A stretch of DNA of 64,000 nt. Source: Octopus vulgaris (lineage: Eukaryota). Below are positions 40,247 to 54,499 of this stretch, in pieces. The notes under the pieces were generated by a model. The model saw nothing but the letters and a program-made list of their open reading frames with translations, made no database searches and was not told where the DNA came from. The stretch covers positions 43,276,001 through 43,340,000 of the forward strand of contig OX597824.1 of assembly GCA_951406725.2 (NCBI GenBank), written 5' to 3'. Positions within the stretch are counted from its first letter, which is position 1; each line of letters begins with the position of its first letter. A program made the position numbers and the translations under genes.

Positions 40247-40402
40247 GTGGCTGTGTGGTAAGTAGCTTGTTTACCAACCACATGGTTCCGGATTCAGTCC
40301 CACTGCGTGGCACCTTGGGCAAGTGTCTTCTACTATAGCCTCGAGCCGACCGAAGCCTTGTGAGTGGATTTGGTAGACGGAAACTGAAAGAAGCCCGTCG
40401 TA

Positions 40403-40457
<55 letters not shown>

Positions 40458-40685
40458 CGTGTGTGTGTACTGTGTGTCTGTGTTTGTCCCCCTAGCATTG
40501 CTTGACAACCGATGCTGGTGTGTTTATGTCCCCGTTACTTAGCGGTTCGGCAAAAAGACCGATAGAATAAGTACTGGGCTTACAAAATGAATAAGTCCCG
40601 GGGTCGACTTGCTCGATTAAAGGCGGTGCTCCAGCATGGCCACAGTCAAATGACTGAAACAAGTAAAAGAGTAAAAAAGAGTAAG
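40247..40685 (+). mobile_element. Full family B SINE
   Basis: GTGGCTGTGTGGTAAGTAGCTTG...CACCTTGGGCAAGTG...AAGTAAAAGAG tail. Confidence 0.9.
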
Positions 40686-41514
40686 AGTATATATATATAT
40701 ATATAAAGTGTAGCTAAATTGTTGGAAAATTGAATCTACAACCCAAGTTTGATTCTCCAGGCTGTAATTATACAAGATTCTGAATTTTTAGACTAATGGC
40801 TTTCCATTCTTTGTAATATTTATATTTATATTTCGTTTCAATACCACTGATATCCGATTCTAAATATGCATTCTAATGATGAATTTAATAATCCGGAAAA
40901 AATTAGAATCTTATTAACAGCAATTTATTTCATAATTAGACATGGAACTATTGAACTTGTTGAGCTAATTTCTGTTGGAAAACAATGGAATTTCAATGTC
41001 ACATTTTACATTTCACGGACGATAGGACGGTGGGATCAAATTTGGTCACCCGTTGATGGATGCAGATGTCTATTTACTAAAGTTCATGAAAAATCAATTG
41101 GGTCTATTGCACTTGACACTAATACTGAGCATGAATATTTATTTATTCATTATCTAATTCATACATACATACTTTACATTACATTGCATTAGTTATACAT
41201 ATACACATACATATATATGTTTGTATATACATATGTATGTATGTACGTATGTATGCATGTATGTATGTACAAAGCAATAGGTGAACTTTACAGGAAATCC
41301 CACTCCACCACGTAATAATTATCCCTGAGTGGAAGAAATTATGTCAAGCTCTATCATTCGACCGTTGATATTTCTAAAACATTTGAAAGAAAAATACCAT
41401 TAATTGTATTCCTCTTTCCATTTTTATATGGGATTGTACGCTAATGCTCATTCTTCCATATATCCTTTTGACTTCCATTTCCTTAAATATCACGTTTATC
41501 TAAACCAAGGGTTC

Positions 41515-41574
41515 TGGTTAAGGTGATTGACACCTCGCACTCGAGCGAGAGTTAAGTGTCAGTCACCTTAACCA
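41515..41574. other. Isolated ~60 nt stem-loop
   Basis: TGGTTAAGGTGATTGACAC pairs with GTGTCAGTCACCTTAACCA (19 bp, one G-U), enclosing CTCGC/GCGAG. Confidence 0.8.
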
Positions 41575-41662
41575 AGGTCTCTGTCTTCCTGATACTCTTT
41601 TAATTAGAGGCATAAAAGCATCCATCTATTAATGAGTGGCTGATCCCAAACTGCAGCAGAAT

Positions 41663-41727
<65 letters not shown>

Positions 41728-41808
41728 AACACACACACATACACACACACACAAACACACAAAAATACACACACACATACACACACACACACACACACAC
41801 ATACGCAC

Positions 41809-41848
<40 letters not shown>

Positions 41849-42058
41849 ATATATGTATGTATACCAGAAATCTTTTTCAAACTATACCTTAGTGCTTGAA
41901 AAATATAAGACACACAGGTCAATGTTTTGCTAGAGACGGAACGGACTGATCTGGAATGTCATCGGTTGCAGGTCTTTCTTTTGCAACAATACTAATTTGT
42001 GGCTAATCAACATGTGTGTGTGTATGTAAATAGATAGATAGATGATAGATGGATATAG

Positions 42059-42145
<87 letters not shown>

Positions 42146-42637
42146 CGTATATATACATAATACAATCTATATATACATCCCTTCAAATAAACATCACACA
42201 TACATTAATAATACGTTCTATTTTCATTTCCCACGTCACTCCACTGACCATATTTCAAACACAAAATAATCGCTTCATTTTCAACGCACAAACCTCTGCT
42301 TCAAAAATGGAGAACATAAGACACAATTTTACGCGCCACAATTTTATACACCACAATTTTCTCTCTGAACATACACTTTGGTTTCCTAACCCTAATTTTC
42401 TTCATCTGCCAATGTGTTCTTTCCTGTTTGGTCCTTGAATTAGGAAGGATCTTGAATCTATACCTTGTAATTAATTCCGTTGCATATACGAGAGCATATA
42501 ATTTACGTTTATTTTCGTATATCTCTCTATATATTGTATGTCTTCCTGGAAATTAGTGCATTTATCAGTGAGTAGTTACTACTACTGGCGAAATTCTCGA
42601 GAATTCTTAATTTAGAATTCCTATATGCACCCTCACA

Positions 42638-42685
42638 TACTACTACTACTACTACTACTACTAATAATAATAATAATAATAATAA

Positions 42686-42716
<31 letters not shown>

Positions 42717-43180
42717 GGGGAGGAGGAGGAAGAGAAAAGAAGAAGGGGAGGAGGTGGAAGAGAAAAGAAGAAGAAGAAGAAGAAGGGGGAGGAGGAGGAA
42801 GAGAAAAGAAGAAGGGGAGGAGGAGGAAGAGAAAAGAAGAAGAAGAAGAAGAAGAAGAAGAAGAAGAAGAAGAAGAAGAAGAAGAAGAAGAAGGAAGATG
42901 AAGATGAAGAAAAGGAAAAAGGAAGATGAAGAAGATGAAGAAAAAGAAAAAGGAAGATGAAGAAGATGAAGAAAAAGAAAACGGAAGATGAAGAAGATGA
43001 AGAAGAAGAAGAAGAAGAAGAAGAAGAAAAGAAGAAGAAGAAGAAGAAGAAGAAGAAGAAGAAGAAGAAGAAGAAGAAGGAGAAGGAGAATGCAGTTGCT
43101 GCTGCTGCTGCTGTTGATGATGATGATGACGACGACAACGATGATAACGATGATGATGATATTTATGCTGCAGCTACTGT

Positions 43181-43245
<65 letters not shown>

Positions 43246-43330
43246 CTACTACGACTACTACTACTACTACGCAACTACAACAACAGTGGCCACAACAAAA
43301 GGCACAATAAGGAGCATAGTAACAAGAGCA
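42638..43330. repeat. Compound trinucleotide repeat array
   Basis: Blocks of (CTA), (ATA), (AGA/GAA), (GAT), (GCT), (GAC), (ACT) and (ACA), with a duplicated purine unit at ~42690-42840. Confidence 0.95.
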
Positions 43331-43554
43331 ACAACAGCTATAGTCACACGATAAACAATGACGACAACGGCAAAGAAATAGCAAGAAGAGACGAAGAAAA
43401 ACCACCAAAACAGTACCGATACACCAACAAACGCAATAACTCTAAGCACAGAAATGCTGAGTCACAGACCTTTCGACTACATAATTCTCGGATGTGGGGG
43501 GTTGTTTGTTGGGGTCAATGCATTTAAATAAAGACAAAATTTTGACAAATGACA

Positions 43555-43740
43555 GCCTTAGTGTGCCATGATGCTACCCCACTACTTCTGCTCGTGACCA
43601 GAGATGCACATATCGTCAGCCACTAAGTGTCATGCTCAACTGGTTAAGGTGAAACAACTGACTGGCAAATCTGTGGTATTGAGCAGAATATTTGTTGTAG
43701 CCCATCTCTTATACCAAGACAATATATTATACCACGACAA
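43555..43740 (-). mobile_element. Probable SINE or LINE-tail fragment followed by (TTA)n
   Basis: GC-richer block CTGCTCGTGACCAGAGATGCACATATCGTCAGCCACTAAG... resembles an octopod interspersed repeat. This is from recall and unverified. Confidence 0.4.
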
Positions 43741-43742
43741 AA

Positions 43743-43800
<58 letters not shown>

Positions 43801-44490
43801 GTTAGCTCAAATCACACCAGAATCACTCTTTATTTTCCAATGATCTAGGCTCAATAAAATGAAGGACTAGACAGCTAATGCATTCGATATAGCCCACTGT
43901 TTTGCTTCCCTATACGAAGGAATTTTATTGACTTTTTTTTCTGATTAGGTGAGTATTATTAGGCAGAGATCAGAAAAAAATAGATGAACCTAAATAGACA
44001 TGTCTAGATGACAGTTCACAGTGACGAACTATGTCAAAGGATAGATAATAAACAATAAAATTAAGCAGCAGATTAAGTTCCATTTAGATTGGTCAAGCTG
44101 TTGGTGCAGTAAAGTGCTGCGAATTTCATTAATACGAATATGTTATTCTATGAGGATATAATTCTTGCTTGAACTTATTTGAACGAGCTAAGACTTGTTT
44201 CTTATACTGCATTTTCATTTTATATCTACCTCAAACAGGCATTTTTCTTCCCCTTAAACATCACTACCAGTCTATAATCTTGCGTATAGAGATTAGCTTC
44301 CTCACAGCTCATGGAAGACTTTAAAACAGTTCGATCCTTCCTGGTGGGTTAACATTGGACTTTAAAGAACTTAGGAAAGACTTGAAATTTCTAGTTTCAT
44401 AGTAATAATTGAATGATTTTATGGATTGACAGAAATTAATACAGCGAGAGTGAAGTAGAGTGACTGGCAAAAAGACAAACAGATAAAGAG

Positions 44491-44541
<51 letters not shown>

Positions 44542-46397
44542 AGAGATAGGTACATAAACAGATAAAGATGAGCATACATATCAAAGCGCAAATAAGTGAA
44601 TAAATGCAAAGATTGGTAGGTAAAGTGATAGATAGAGAAATAGGTAGATAAAGAGAGGGAAGGTAAACGGTGTGAAGAAAAGTATATACATGTGTGCGCG
44701 CGTGTGTGTGTATGTGTGCGCGCGTGTGTGTGTATGTGTGTATGTATATGTGTGTTTGTGTGTTTGAATGAAGGTGTGCACACGAGTGTATATGTATATA
44801 CATATAGAGATTCATAGAAAAGGAGTCATAGATTGATATTATAGATCTATGTGTGCGAGTGTATATATGTTTCTCTGTGTGTGTATATATGTATATATGT
44901 AAATAGATATAAATATAAATAGATATAAATAATATTCGTGATGAGAGAGAAACAGACAAACAGACGTAGAACAAAAGCGATAAAATGAAAACTAGGGACC
45001 AAGAATTACCGTGAAAATACTTAATTACTTCTTCAATCAGCTGATATTAATATGGCTGAATATTGATTTTCCTGTCATTATCGTTTCAGTTTCGTGTCCT
45101 CCAGCAACATTGCCAAAAGTATTACAACAAATACGCTCACTACTATCAATTCTAAGACGGCAATAGCTGTAAGTATACAAGTAACACTAGGCATGTAGGT
45201 ATGGTAGCGCCTCCAGGTTATGCAAGATAAAGGAACACCTTCCTCCATTCGAGCCACAAGAAACAAAGTAAAGCGATTCTCTGGAAGCAACAGAATATTG
45301 AAAAACAAACCGGAAGTTACGCCTTTGGAATATCAAACACGAAAACACTGGAAATAATCATCGTGTAGCGCTGACTTTGTTTTTTTTTGTTGTTTTTTTC
45401 CTGTGGAAAAATATAAATTGTCCGGATGGATAGAATGGTGTTCGTTTTGAAATTAATATTCGTCTTCAACCCGTTTAAAGGTCACACAAACGAGAGATAA
45501 ACACCAGCTACGTGAAGAACACACGCCCACATACAGTCACACATACAACACATTCACACACGAAGCCAAACAGTGAGTATGTACAGTTGAATCTATTAAA
45601 TTCTGTAATCTAAGGGCCTAGCTATTTGTAGATTACGGCAAAATGTCGGAAAACAAAAAGTGAATCTTCAGGATAGATCCTTAGTAAACATTGTGTTGCC
45701 ATCTCATACCACATCTGTATTTTCAACTGTGGAACAAAGCTTATAACAGAAAATAATAAAAATAATAATTCCTAAAAATATTTTAGAGGCGGAGACAAGC
45801 TGATTACATTAACCCCAGTTTTTGACTGATACAAAAGGACTAACGACAAAGCCGACATCGATAAAATTTTAGCTCAGAACGTAAAGAGCCGGAAAATAAT
45901 ATAATAATGGTTCAATTTTTTATACTGTCTCGTCTAAAACCCAAAATGTTCGAACATGTTACACCTTGATATCATTCACATCATCAACAGCTGCTGATGA
46001 TGAGGATATCTTCTACACTGGTATATCAGAGCCACATTTTCTATCACAATGTCGAGGTTTGGGGATATCTTTGTCTCTTCTGTTTATCAGGTATTTAGTA
46101 GCTATCTCCTGTTCCTGATTTGAATGCAATGGACCCACCAGAGGTTCAGGAGAGGTTACTCTTCTTGTCAATGCTGTTGTTATCTTCTAGCTTATGGAAT
46201 ATGTACCCATGAATTGCTTTTTACTAGTATGATGCCTGCTTCTCCTTTAAGCTTCTGTTTAGGTAGGTCAGTCATATATATATATCACTATATATAGGTA
46301 GGTCAGTCATATATATATATAAAGGGTAAAGACCCCCTTCGGTCATGAATGACCATGGGATTGCACCTAGAAAGTTACCCTCCTGGACACAAGTCTT

Positions 46398-46438
<41 letters not shown>

Positions 46439-46447
<9 letters not shown>

Positions 46448-46857
46448 AAAATAGTAAAGAGTGAAAAAACGACAGAAGGCTTAAATGTTAAAAAATATAT
46501 ATATTTGCGTCAAAATGTCTGGAGAATATTGGAAACATTTTTTTCCCTCCTTAAAATGACATAATTTTATAATTTTTAAAGAAATACCGGTTTCGCAGTT
46601 AGCTCTTCAAATTTCTTGTGACTTAATGTTTATTTTTAATAATACAAGGATTACGTTATTAAAAATAAACATTAAGTTACAAGAAATTTGAAGAGCTAAC
46701 TGCGAAACCGGTATTTCTTTAAAAATTATAAAATTATGTCATTTTAAGGAGGGAAAAAAATTTTCCAATATTCTCCAGACATTTTGACGCAAATATATAT
46801 ATTTTTTAACATTTAAGCCTTCTGTCGTTTTTTCACTCTTTACTATTTTCTTATATA
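46439..46857. repeat. Near-perfect palindrome (~203 bp arms) between (TA)n tracts, with a minimal hammerhead variant in each arm
   Basis: Arms 46439-46642 and 46656-46857 around a 13 nt loop. Plus strand 46681-46719 reads aagaaat TTGAAGA gc taact gc GAAA CCGG TA tttctt; the mirror copy is at 46579-46617. Confidence 0.95.
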
Positions 46858-46891
46858 TTCACCCACGTGCTTTACCAAACAAACTTTCTTA

Positions 46892-46933
<42 letters not shown>

Positions 46934-46949
46934 TATCCTTGTATCATCC

Positions 46950-47330
46950 AGATTACTGGATTTTGTTACGCATCGTTACTCACAATACGTTTCCAATTCT
47001 TTCTTGATTGCTCCTTTTTTCATCTTGGCAGCCCCAAATTGTTTAACTAAATCGTCTTCCCATCGTCATGGAGGACTTCCGAGTGGCCGTCTTTTCCGAT
47101 CTCTTTGATACCACTCAGCAACTACGGTAGTCCTCCTGTTGTCCCTGAAACGTGCGACATGTCTAAACCAGCGCAACTTGTGATTTCTGTATTCTGCTAT
47201 CACGTGGTTCACTCCACTCCGTTCTCGAAATATCTCATTTCGGATATGATCTCGAAATGATATTCTTAGCATGGATCTTTCTATGGCCTTTTGCATCGTA
47301 GCCACTCGATTTTCCTCCTTCTTCGTAGTA
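46950..47330 (-). mobile_element. RTE-clade LINE 3' fragment
   Basis: QKAIERSMLRIS..DHIRNE.FRERSGV...KLRWFRHVAR..DNR...W..RKRRPLGSPP.RWED. Confidence 0.88.
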
Positions 47331-47822
47331 GCTTACGTCTCACTTGCGTATAAAATCCGTGTGATATATATCGAGGGCGCGTAAGTAGGATATTGCATTC
47401 ACGATCGCGTGACCGTGTGTTTTTGATTCCCGGACGGGAAGAGTGGAGCGTTTGTTTTTGAGCAAAATACTTGATCTCACATTCCTCCGTGATCACTTCA
47501 AAATCTAACGCGTAGCACATCGTGCAACTCTACACATAATGTCGATTTGATGGAAAGAGTGATCAAATGTGCAGCGGAAACATTTGATCATTTGTGCAGT
47601 GTATTCAGCAAGAACCATCTTTCCCGAACTCGAGGAACTAGTATTAATTATAAAATTATATATACGTGTGTATATATGTGTGAGGGAGCATTTTTATAAA
47701 CAAATATCGAAGCATCAAGAGACTGGTATTTTACAACTGAAGGAAATCTTGAATGAAGGAGAATAGCTGCGGAAACAGAAGATCGGTTAAAATACCCTTA
47801 TAGACAGAAAAAAATGGCATGA

Positions 47823-47896
47823 AAGCCGTTACAAAGAATCGAATTCTGTGACTCTCAAATTCCGACCGAGTGCTCTTTCCATTGAGCTAAACGATC
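47823..47896 (-). pseudogene. tRNA-like sequence (degenerate cloverleaf)
   Basis: Minus strand reads GATCGTT TA GCTC AATGGAAA GAGC A CTCGG TCGGAAT TTGAG AGTC ACAGAA TTCGATT CTTTGT AACGGCT. The acceptor stem is mismatched and there is no U33. Confidence 0.65.
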
Positions 47897-48950
47897 CCTG
47901 GAAACGGTCACAGCGTTTTTATAACGCTTTTAGCTTTTGGGATGTGAGCACATTTTTATAAAGGAACATTGAAGCGTTAAGTACTTGATATTTTAAAAAT
48001 GAAGGAAATTTTGAACATGAAGAAAATTTTCCATCTATAAATGTATTTTACCCGATCTTCTAAGCTATTTTCACAACTATTTTCCTGCGTCCGAGATTGA
48101 ATAAAGTATCAGTCAGGTGCTGGATTGATTTTATCCACTAACACCATAACCCATAAACTTCATGGCATGCACCTGAACTAGAGGCATGGTACATCTATTT
48201 TCGTTTTGACAACCAAACCTTGAAGCACTTTTTGGGAACGATCCTTTGTCTACTACTACTACGACGACGAAGACGACGACGACGAAGACGACGACGACTT
48301 ATTCTAATTTTTACTTATTTCCTTAGCTCACTTTTTTGTCTTTCAATCCATGTTTTTTTTTTTTGTAGACGTTTTGCTTTCCATCTTTCTCTTCGACTTT
48401 TCTTTTTCTACTTCTTTGTCTATCGTCTTTCTTTACCTACATCAATTTTTTAAATCTTCATTCATGAATATGTTCTCATCAATATATATATTTTTTTCAT
48501 ATTTTACCTGTCTACTTTTTGTTCCATTTTATACTCCCACTTATTCTATATCCCGATTTGTTTTCCTCCTGCTAACCATATTCATTTTCTTTCGTGCTTT
48601 CTGTCTATCAACCCTACTTTTCTACTTATCTGCCCGCCAACGATTTCATGCTTCCTGCCTATCGCTCTGGTTATTTGATATTTCCAAACATTGCAACTAT
48701 ATATTCGGAACGGGGCTAGATCAATATATTTCTATTGGATGCTTCATGACTTCTGAATTACCTGTCACTTACCAGCATCTTTTTTTTATTTTATGTAATA
48801 CATGCAGAATTGTATACACTTATACGTACATAATGTACAAGTACACACAGCCAGACATATACACACTCATGCACATATATATTTATATACATACACACAC
48901 TAATATTTGTATACATATATATATATATATATACATACACACACACACAG

Positions 48951-49004
<54 letters not shown>

Positions 49005-50064
49005 TCAGTATACGTTGTACATTTTTTACCCTGTCATTGTTCATTTACAAAATATATTTCTTTTATAAACACACACACACGGCGTATATGAAATCTACTC
49101 AAAAGGCTTTGGTTAGCCCAGGGTAATACCAGAAGACACTAGCACCTTGGGCTAGTGGGACTAAACTTGGACCACGCAATTGGGAATCAAACATCTTAAC
49201 ATAAGGCCACACCTACGCCTTAAATATGTGTGTATGTGTGTGTTTGTGTGTGCTGTAACCACAATAGCATACATCTGTCATTCTCGCACATGTAAATATC
49301 AAAAGTATGGATATATATGTACACATACACGCACACCTGGATACATGTTCTTCAAGATAAACGCGCACACATTCATAAGTACACATAAATACATGAATGT
49401 ACATATTCACGAACACATATCTGTACATGCATCCTAAACACTACGCGTGCACACGCGTGTACAACAGGCGGTAACTCACATGTATTCGCCCACACATACA
49501 CTCATACAACTGATAAACACGCAGCTGATATACACAGCTAACATATACATCCCATGTATTCGCGCACATGAGTACACGGCCAAGAAGCACCCACGCACAT
49601 ACGTACACACCCTCGCAAACATACACATACGCATCAACGAGTTGATGTCATCAGCTCTCACTCACACGCCAGTTTACACACGCGCGCACCCGCCACACTC
49701 GTACACGCATAACTAATACACATAATCATCACACTCCCACAAATACTCACACATACTCTGGTATACACACATAAATCCACGGTAGCCATGTATTTGATAG
49801 CCCATAATCCTTTCAAAGTCCGACCAGACTGCAAGGCGCCACCAGCTTACTGTCCAGTATCGATCTCACTTCGAGCAACACCATATGAAAAGACTTGACC
49901 AAGAACAACTTAGTTTCCTATAACCGTCTTCGACTTCCTGCATTTCTTCATTCCGTTAACTGAGTTCAACGAACTAGTTTTCTGTAAGAAACCTTAGAAA
50001 CTTGAAGTCACATAGAACTGAATCAAACTGTTTTAAATGATAGTAATCATAATAATAATCATTT

Positions 50065-50235
50065 CTACTAAAGGCACAAGGCCTGAAATTTGGGGGCAGG
50101 GGACTAGTCGATTACATTGACCTCACTGTTTCACTGATGCTTAATTTAACGACCCCGAAAGGATAAAAGGTAAAGTCGACTTCGGCGGAATTTGCACTCA
50201 GAGCATAGCGGCAGACGAAATACCACTAAGCATCT
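50065..50235 (-). mobile_element. Family A SINE fragment
   Basis: GGCACAAGGCCTGAAATTTGG...AAAGTCGACTTCGGCGGAATTTG. Confidence 0.8.
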
Positions 50236-50269
50236 TACCGTCTTGATAACAATAATATTAATAATAAAG

Positions 50270-51060
50270 CGTGGAGTGGCTAACAAAGATGGAAAGACGA
50301 CTTGCAACAGTAATAAGACAAATCGACATGAGACAGTGAGGCAGAAATTTAAAAATATATAACAAACTGGAAAGGACCAGGCGCGGATGGAGTATAAGGC
50401 TATTGGTTGAAGAACTTTACACAGTTGCATGAAAGGATCGCTGCGCAACTAGATGACATCCTACACCCTGCTTGGATGACAAGTGGATGAACGCTGCTAT
50501 GCCTGAAGGATCCCTTGAATGGGAACTTGGCATCAAATTTTCGGCCTATAACTTAGCTGATGACAAGTGTCTTGGCGAAGGAGTTATAAAACCATCTGGA
50601 AAATAACAATCTACTTCCAGAAGAAGGGAAAGGCTGCAGGAAACAAAGTAGGGCAACAAAAGATCATTATTAGCCAGTAAAATGATAATTAGAAATTGTA
50701 GACGCAGATTGACAAGAATGAATGTAGCATCACTAGATTACAAAAAAGTGTACATGACATGATACCACACAGCTGGATAAGAAAGCAATGAGCACGTTTG
50801 GAATAGCAAAAAGCTTGGAGAAAATACTCAATGAAAGTATGAAACATTCGAATGCTGAATTTATCGTAGGAAAATGGAAATTCGGAAAAGTGAACATCAG
50901 TCGAAGAATATTCCAAGGTGATAGCTTATCTCCATTGCTATTCGTATTGACCATGACACCGCTCATTATGATGCTACGATTCGGGAAAAAGAAATGGTCA
51001 GATATATCATCTCCCTTTCATGGATGATATAACAGTTTATGCGAAAAATGAGAGACGATT
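50270..51060 (+). mobile_element. R4/Dong-like RT fragment
   Basis: NWKGPGADGV.GYWLK, NFRPI, PEEGKGCRKQSRATKDH, DYKKV, IFQGDSLSPLLF and FMDD. Confidence 0.85.
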
Positions 51061-51571
51061 TTGCTTCGCTTAGCTTTGAGATATACTGTGTTTTTAAACA
51101 CAATATGTCCTTAAGGATCTACCATGAAAGAAGTACCGCAGTTTCACAGCAGTATGACATGGTAATAATGTACTAGTGCAGTCGAATGCTACTATTATCT
51201 CCGGTAACACTATCAATCTACCCATACGCCTAACATCGTTTATGTGAGATCAGAGTCATGGTCTTCAGTCTCATCTGCCAATTGCCGTTTATGTATAATT
51301 TCCATCGCTGCTAAGGTGATGTCTGGTCGAAGAAGGTAGATAGACGAAAGCATGATTGATGGGCCACAAAATATATTTAAGTTACGTGTATTACAATGTG
51401 TATGTTGTATTGGTTCCACACACTTTACACTTGAGGTCAATCGGCTATCATCAAAAGATCGGAAACGGTGACGGGGTACTCCCGGGTCATAGAATTAACA
51501 TCCGAGTGCACTTCTCTTAGACAGTCCCAGGAACATCAATGCAGGAAAGTTACATAACAACAGGAGCATCA

Positions 51572-51621
<50 letters not shown>

Positions 51622-52092
51622 AGAGTGTATATATGTTTATATATACATGTATATATATATATATTTATATATATGTATACCTATATACATAATATCGCCC
51701 TCTCTTTCCTCTCTCTCTCTCTCTCACTCTTTCTGTCTGTCTCTCTCTTTCTCTCTTTCTCTCTCTCTCTCTCTCCCTCTTCATACGTACATATATACTT
51801 ACATTTATATATGCGTAAATATATGTATGTACATATGCATATCCTAGTTTATTTGTACCATTCTCTTTGTTTTGTACTGTTATTGATTATTTTTTTGTGT
51901 ATATCCAGTTATATGTATTCATGTATAAGTGCATATACGTGTGTGCGTGTGGGTGGGTGTTTATAATGAATGTACGTACGGGAATGTGTGTATACCCATA
52001 TTCATTAGTATGAATATGTTTGTATGCATTTATTTATTTACTATTTAGGTCTTCTCTTTTAGTATTCAGTTTCAAACACACGTACACACACA

Positions 52093-52158
<66 letters not shown>

Positions 52159-52453
52159 ACACACACACACACACACACACGTACACACACATGCACATAT
52201 AGTTTCGTTGTTCAGCTATTTCTTCATTGTCTGCCTTACCGGTTTCTGCTCATTAATTCCCCAGGTCCTACTAGTTAGCTGAGGCAACGCTTATCAATTA
52301 TTTATATGCACTAATGCATACATTTATCCTCGCACATCTACACAGTCGCATTATCATACACTCACAGACACACACGCATATATCGAATATATATAATTGC
52401 GTGTGTACATCTGTGTGTGCGTGTGTGTATCCACATGTATATATATGTATATG

Positions 52454-52495
<42 letters not shown>

Positions 52496-52890
52496 CATAT
52501 GCATACTAACGTCTATGTGTATTTATATATGTGTGTTCCATATTTGTACGTATGTATATGCATGTATGTCTATATATCGATAGAAGGGAGTCCACAATTA
52601 TTTCATGCAAACGGATATAAAAATTCGAAAAAATATAAAAGAACTTACACACATACATGTAATTACATTTAATTTCATGTGCATAAGAAATGCAGAAATG
52701 CATAAGCTCACGTATGCATTCATATAAGCGCATACATGCATGAAACATTTTCACAAATGCATACATTATCTCGAACATAAACAGACAGATAGCCATGCAT
52801 ACATATATATGTGTGTATAGAACTCTCTCTTTTCCCCCTCTGTCACTTTCTCTCTCTCCATCTCTCTTTTTCTCTCGATATATATATATA

Positions 52891-52938
<48 letters not shown>

Positions 52939-52981
52939 CACATACATATAAAACATATATACACAGGTATATATATGTAAT

Positions 52982-53026
<45 letters not shown>

Positions 53027-53730
53027 ATATATATATTACATATATACACAGGCATATATATATTACATATAGACGTACCAGTGTAAAAATTTGTATATGC
53101 CGAGACCCATAAATCCTTTTACTGTTTCAGAAACTCTTACTAAACAACTTCTACATTTGAACTCACTTTATGTACAACATATAAACCATTCCACGTGTAC
53201 GCATCTACATATGTGCACTGACAAGCATATGAATGTAAAACATGCAAACATGCTTCTGCATAACTCGTAATTATATATGTATGTAATATGAAGAAAAAAA
53301 GGGATTTAAAACCCTGGCAGATATCAATAAAATACTCAGTTTTAAGCGAATTTGGTCAACTATATCAGACACCTATAACAATCAGACACCTATAACAATC
53401 AGACACCTATAAATGCAAGTAGAATATACAATTCCTCATATATGACAAGTAGATCCAAATAGATTATATTTCTTCTTAACATTCTTTTTGTTGGCGTTCG
53501 TGCACTGGAAGTATTTCCTTAGTTTACTTTCAATTCAATTAATTTTGAATCGCCTTAAAAACGCTGTGTTAACACGTATTTTCGGAAATAATAATTTCAA
53601 TATTTTCTACATCTAAATATGTTAATACGATAGAAACAATTGTCGGCTAAATATGTTCATACGATGGAAACCATTGTAGATTGTAAATTCTACAATCAAA
53701 GAAGTGATTTTCACTATACGTATTTTTATG

Positions 53731-53762
<32 letters not shown>

Positions 53763-54444
53763 TGTATGTATGGATGGATGGATGTATATCGGTGTGTGTT
53801 TATGTGTGCAGCTTTTGTGCAGCCTACGAGTTATGCCGATGCTTGTTTGCATACTTAACATTCACACACACACACATACATATGTATGGATGTATAAATA
53901 CATCCATACATATAATCCCTTCCCCGTCTCTCACTAGCATTACCCTTTCTGTTTTTTTCCTTGATGTTTTTTATACATAAATTCTCTTTTAATCTTTGTG
54001 ATACCAAACTCATTTATTTATTTGTGACACTCACCTGCCTTGCTTGAACATTTTTCTTTTTACTTGCTTTGGGTATGTTTCTTAATTTCCGAACCGATTT
54101 TTGCCAGGTATTTTTAACTAGCTACATATATTATAAAGATTTTCCTATGAATCTATATTGCGATTCATTTTATTCAGCTATATTTTACTACGTTTTAATT
54201 TGTATGTTGTCTTCTGTCAACTGCTAATCGTACTATCCAAAGGACTTCTTTAATTTTGGAAAGCCATAATATTTTTTCCTAGCAGCTTTAAATTTTATTT
54301 GAATATTTTTTTTAATAATATACATTGCACTATTTATAACCGTTTCCAAATCATTGCATTATTTCAGAAATACTGTTCTGTCTGGTGGAGGTTTTTGGCT
54401 TCCATAAAACATCGTGCATGTGCGCGCACGTGAGTGTGTATGTG

Positions 54445-54499
<55 letters not shown>

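Noticed and set aside
45988-46035. CTGATGATGAGGATATC...GTATATCAGAGCC
   Set aside because: It has CTGATGA but no GAAA or stem III.
48350-49126. 258 aa ORF, the longest in the track
   Set aside because: It is a T-rich low-complexity stretch running into microsatellites, with no recognisable domain or supported exon structure.
53364-53412. 17 bp direct repeat x3 (ATCAGACACCTATAACA), with similar doublets at ~8587, ~17432 and ~46260
   Set aside because: These have no spacers and are simple slippage duplications, not CRISPR-like arrays.
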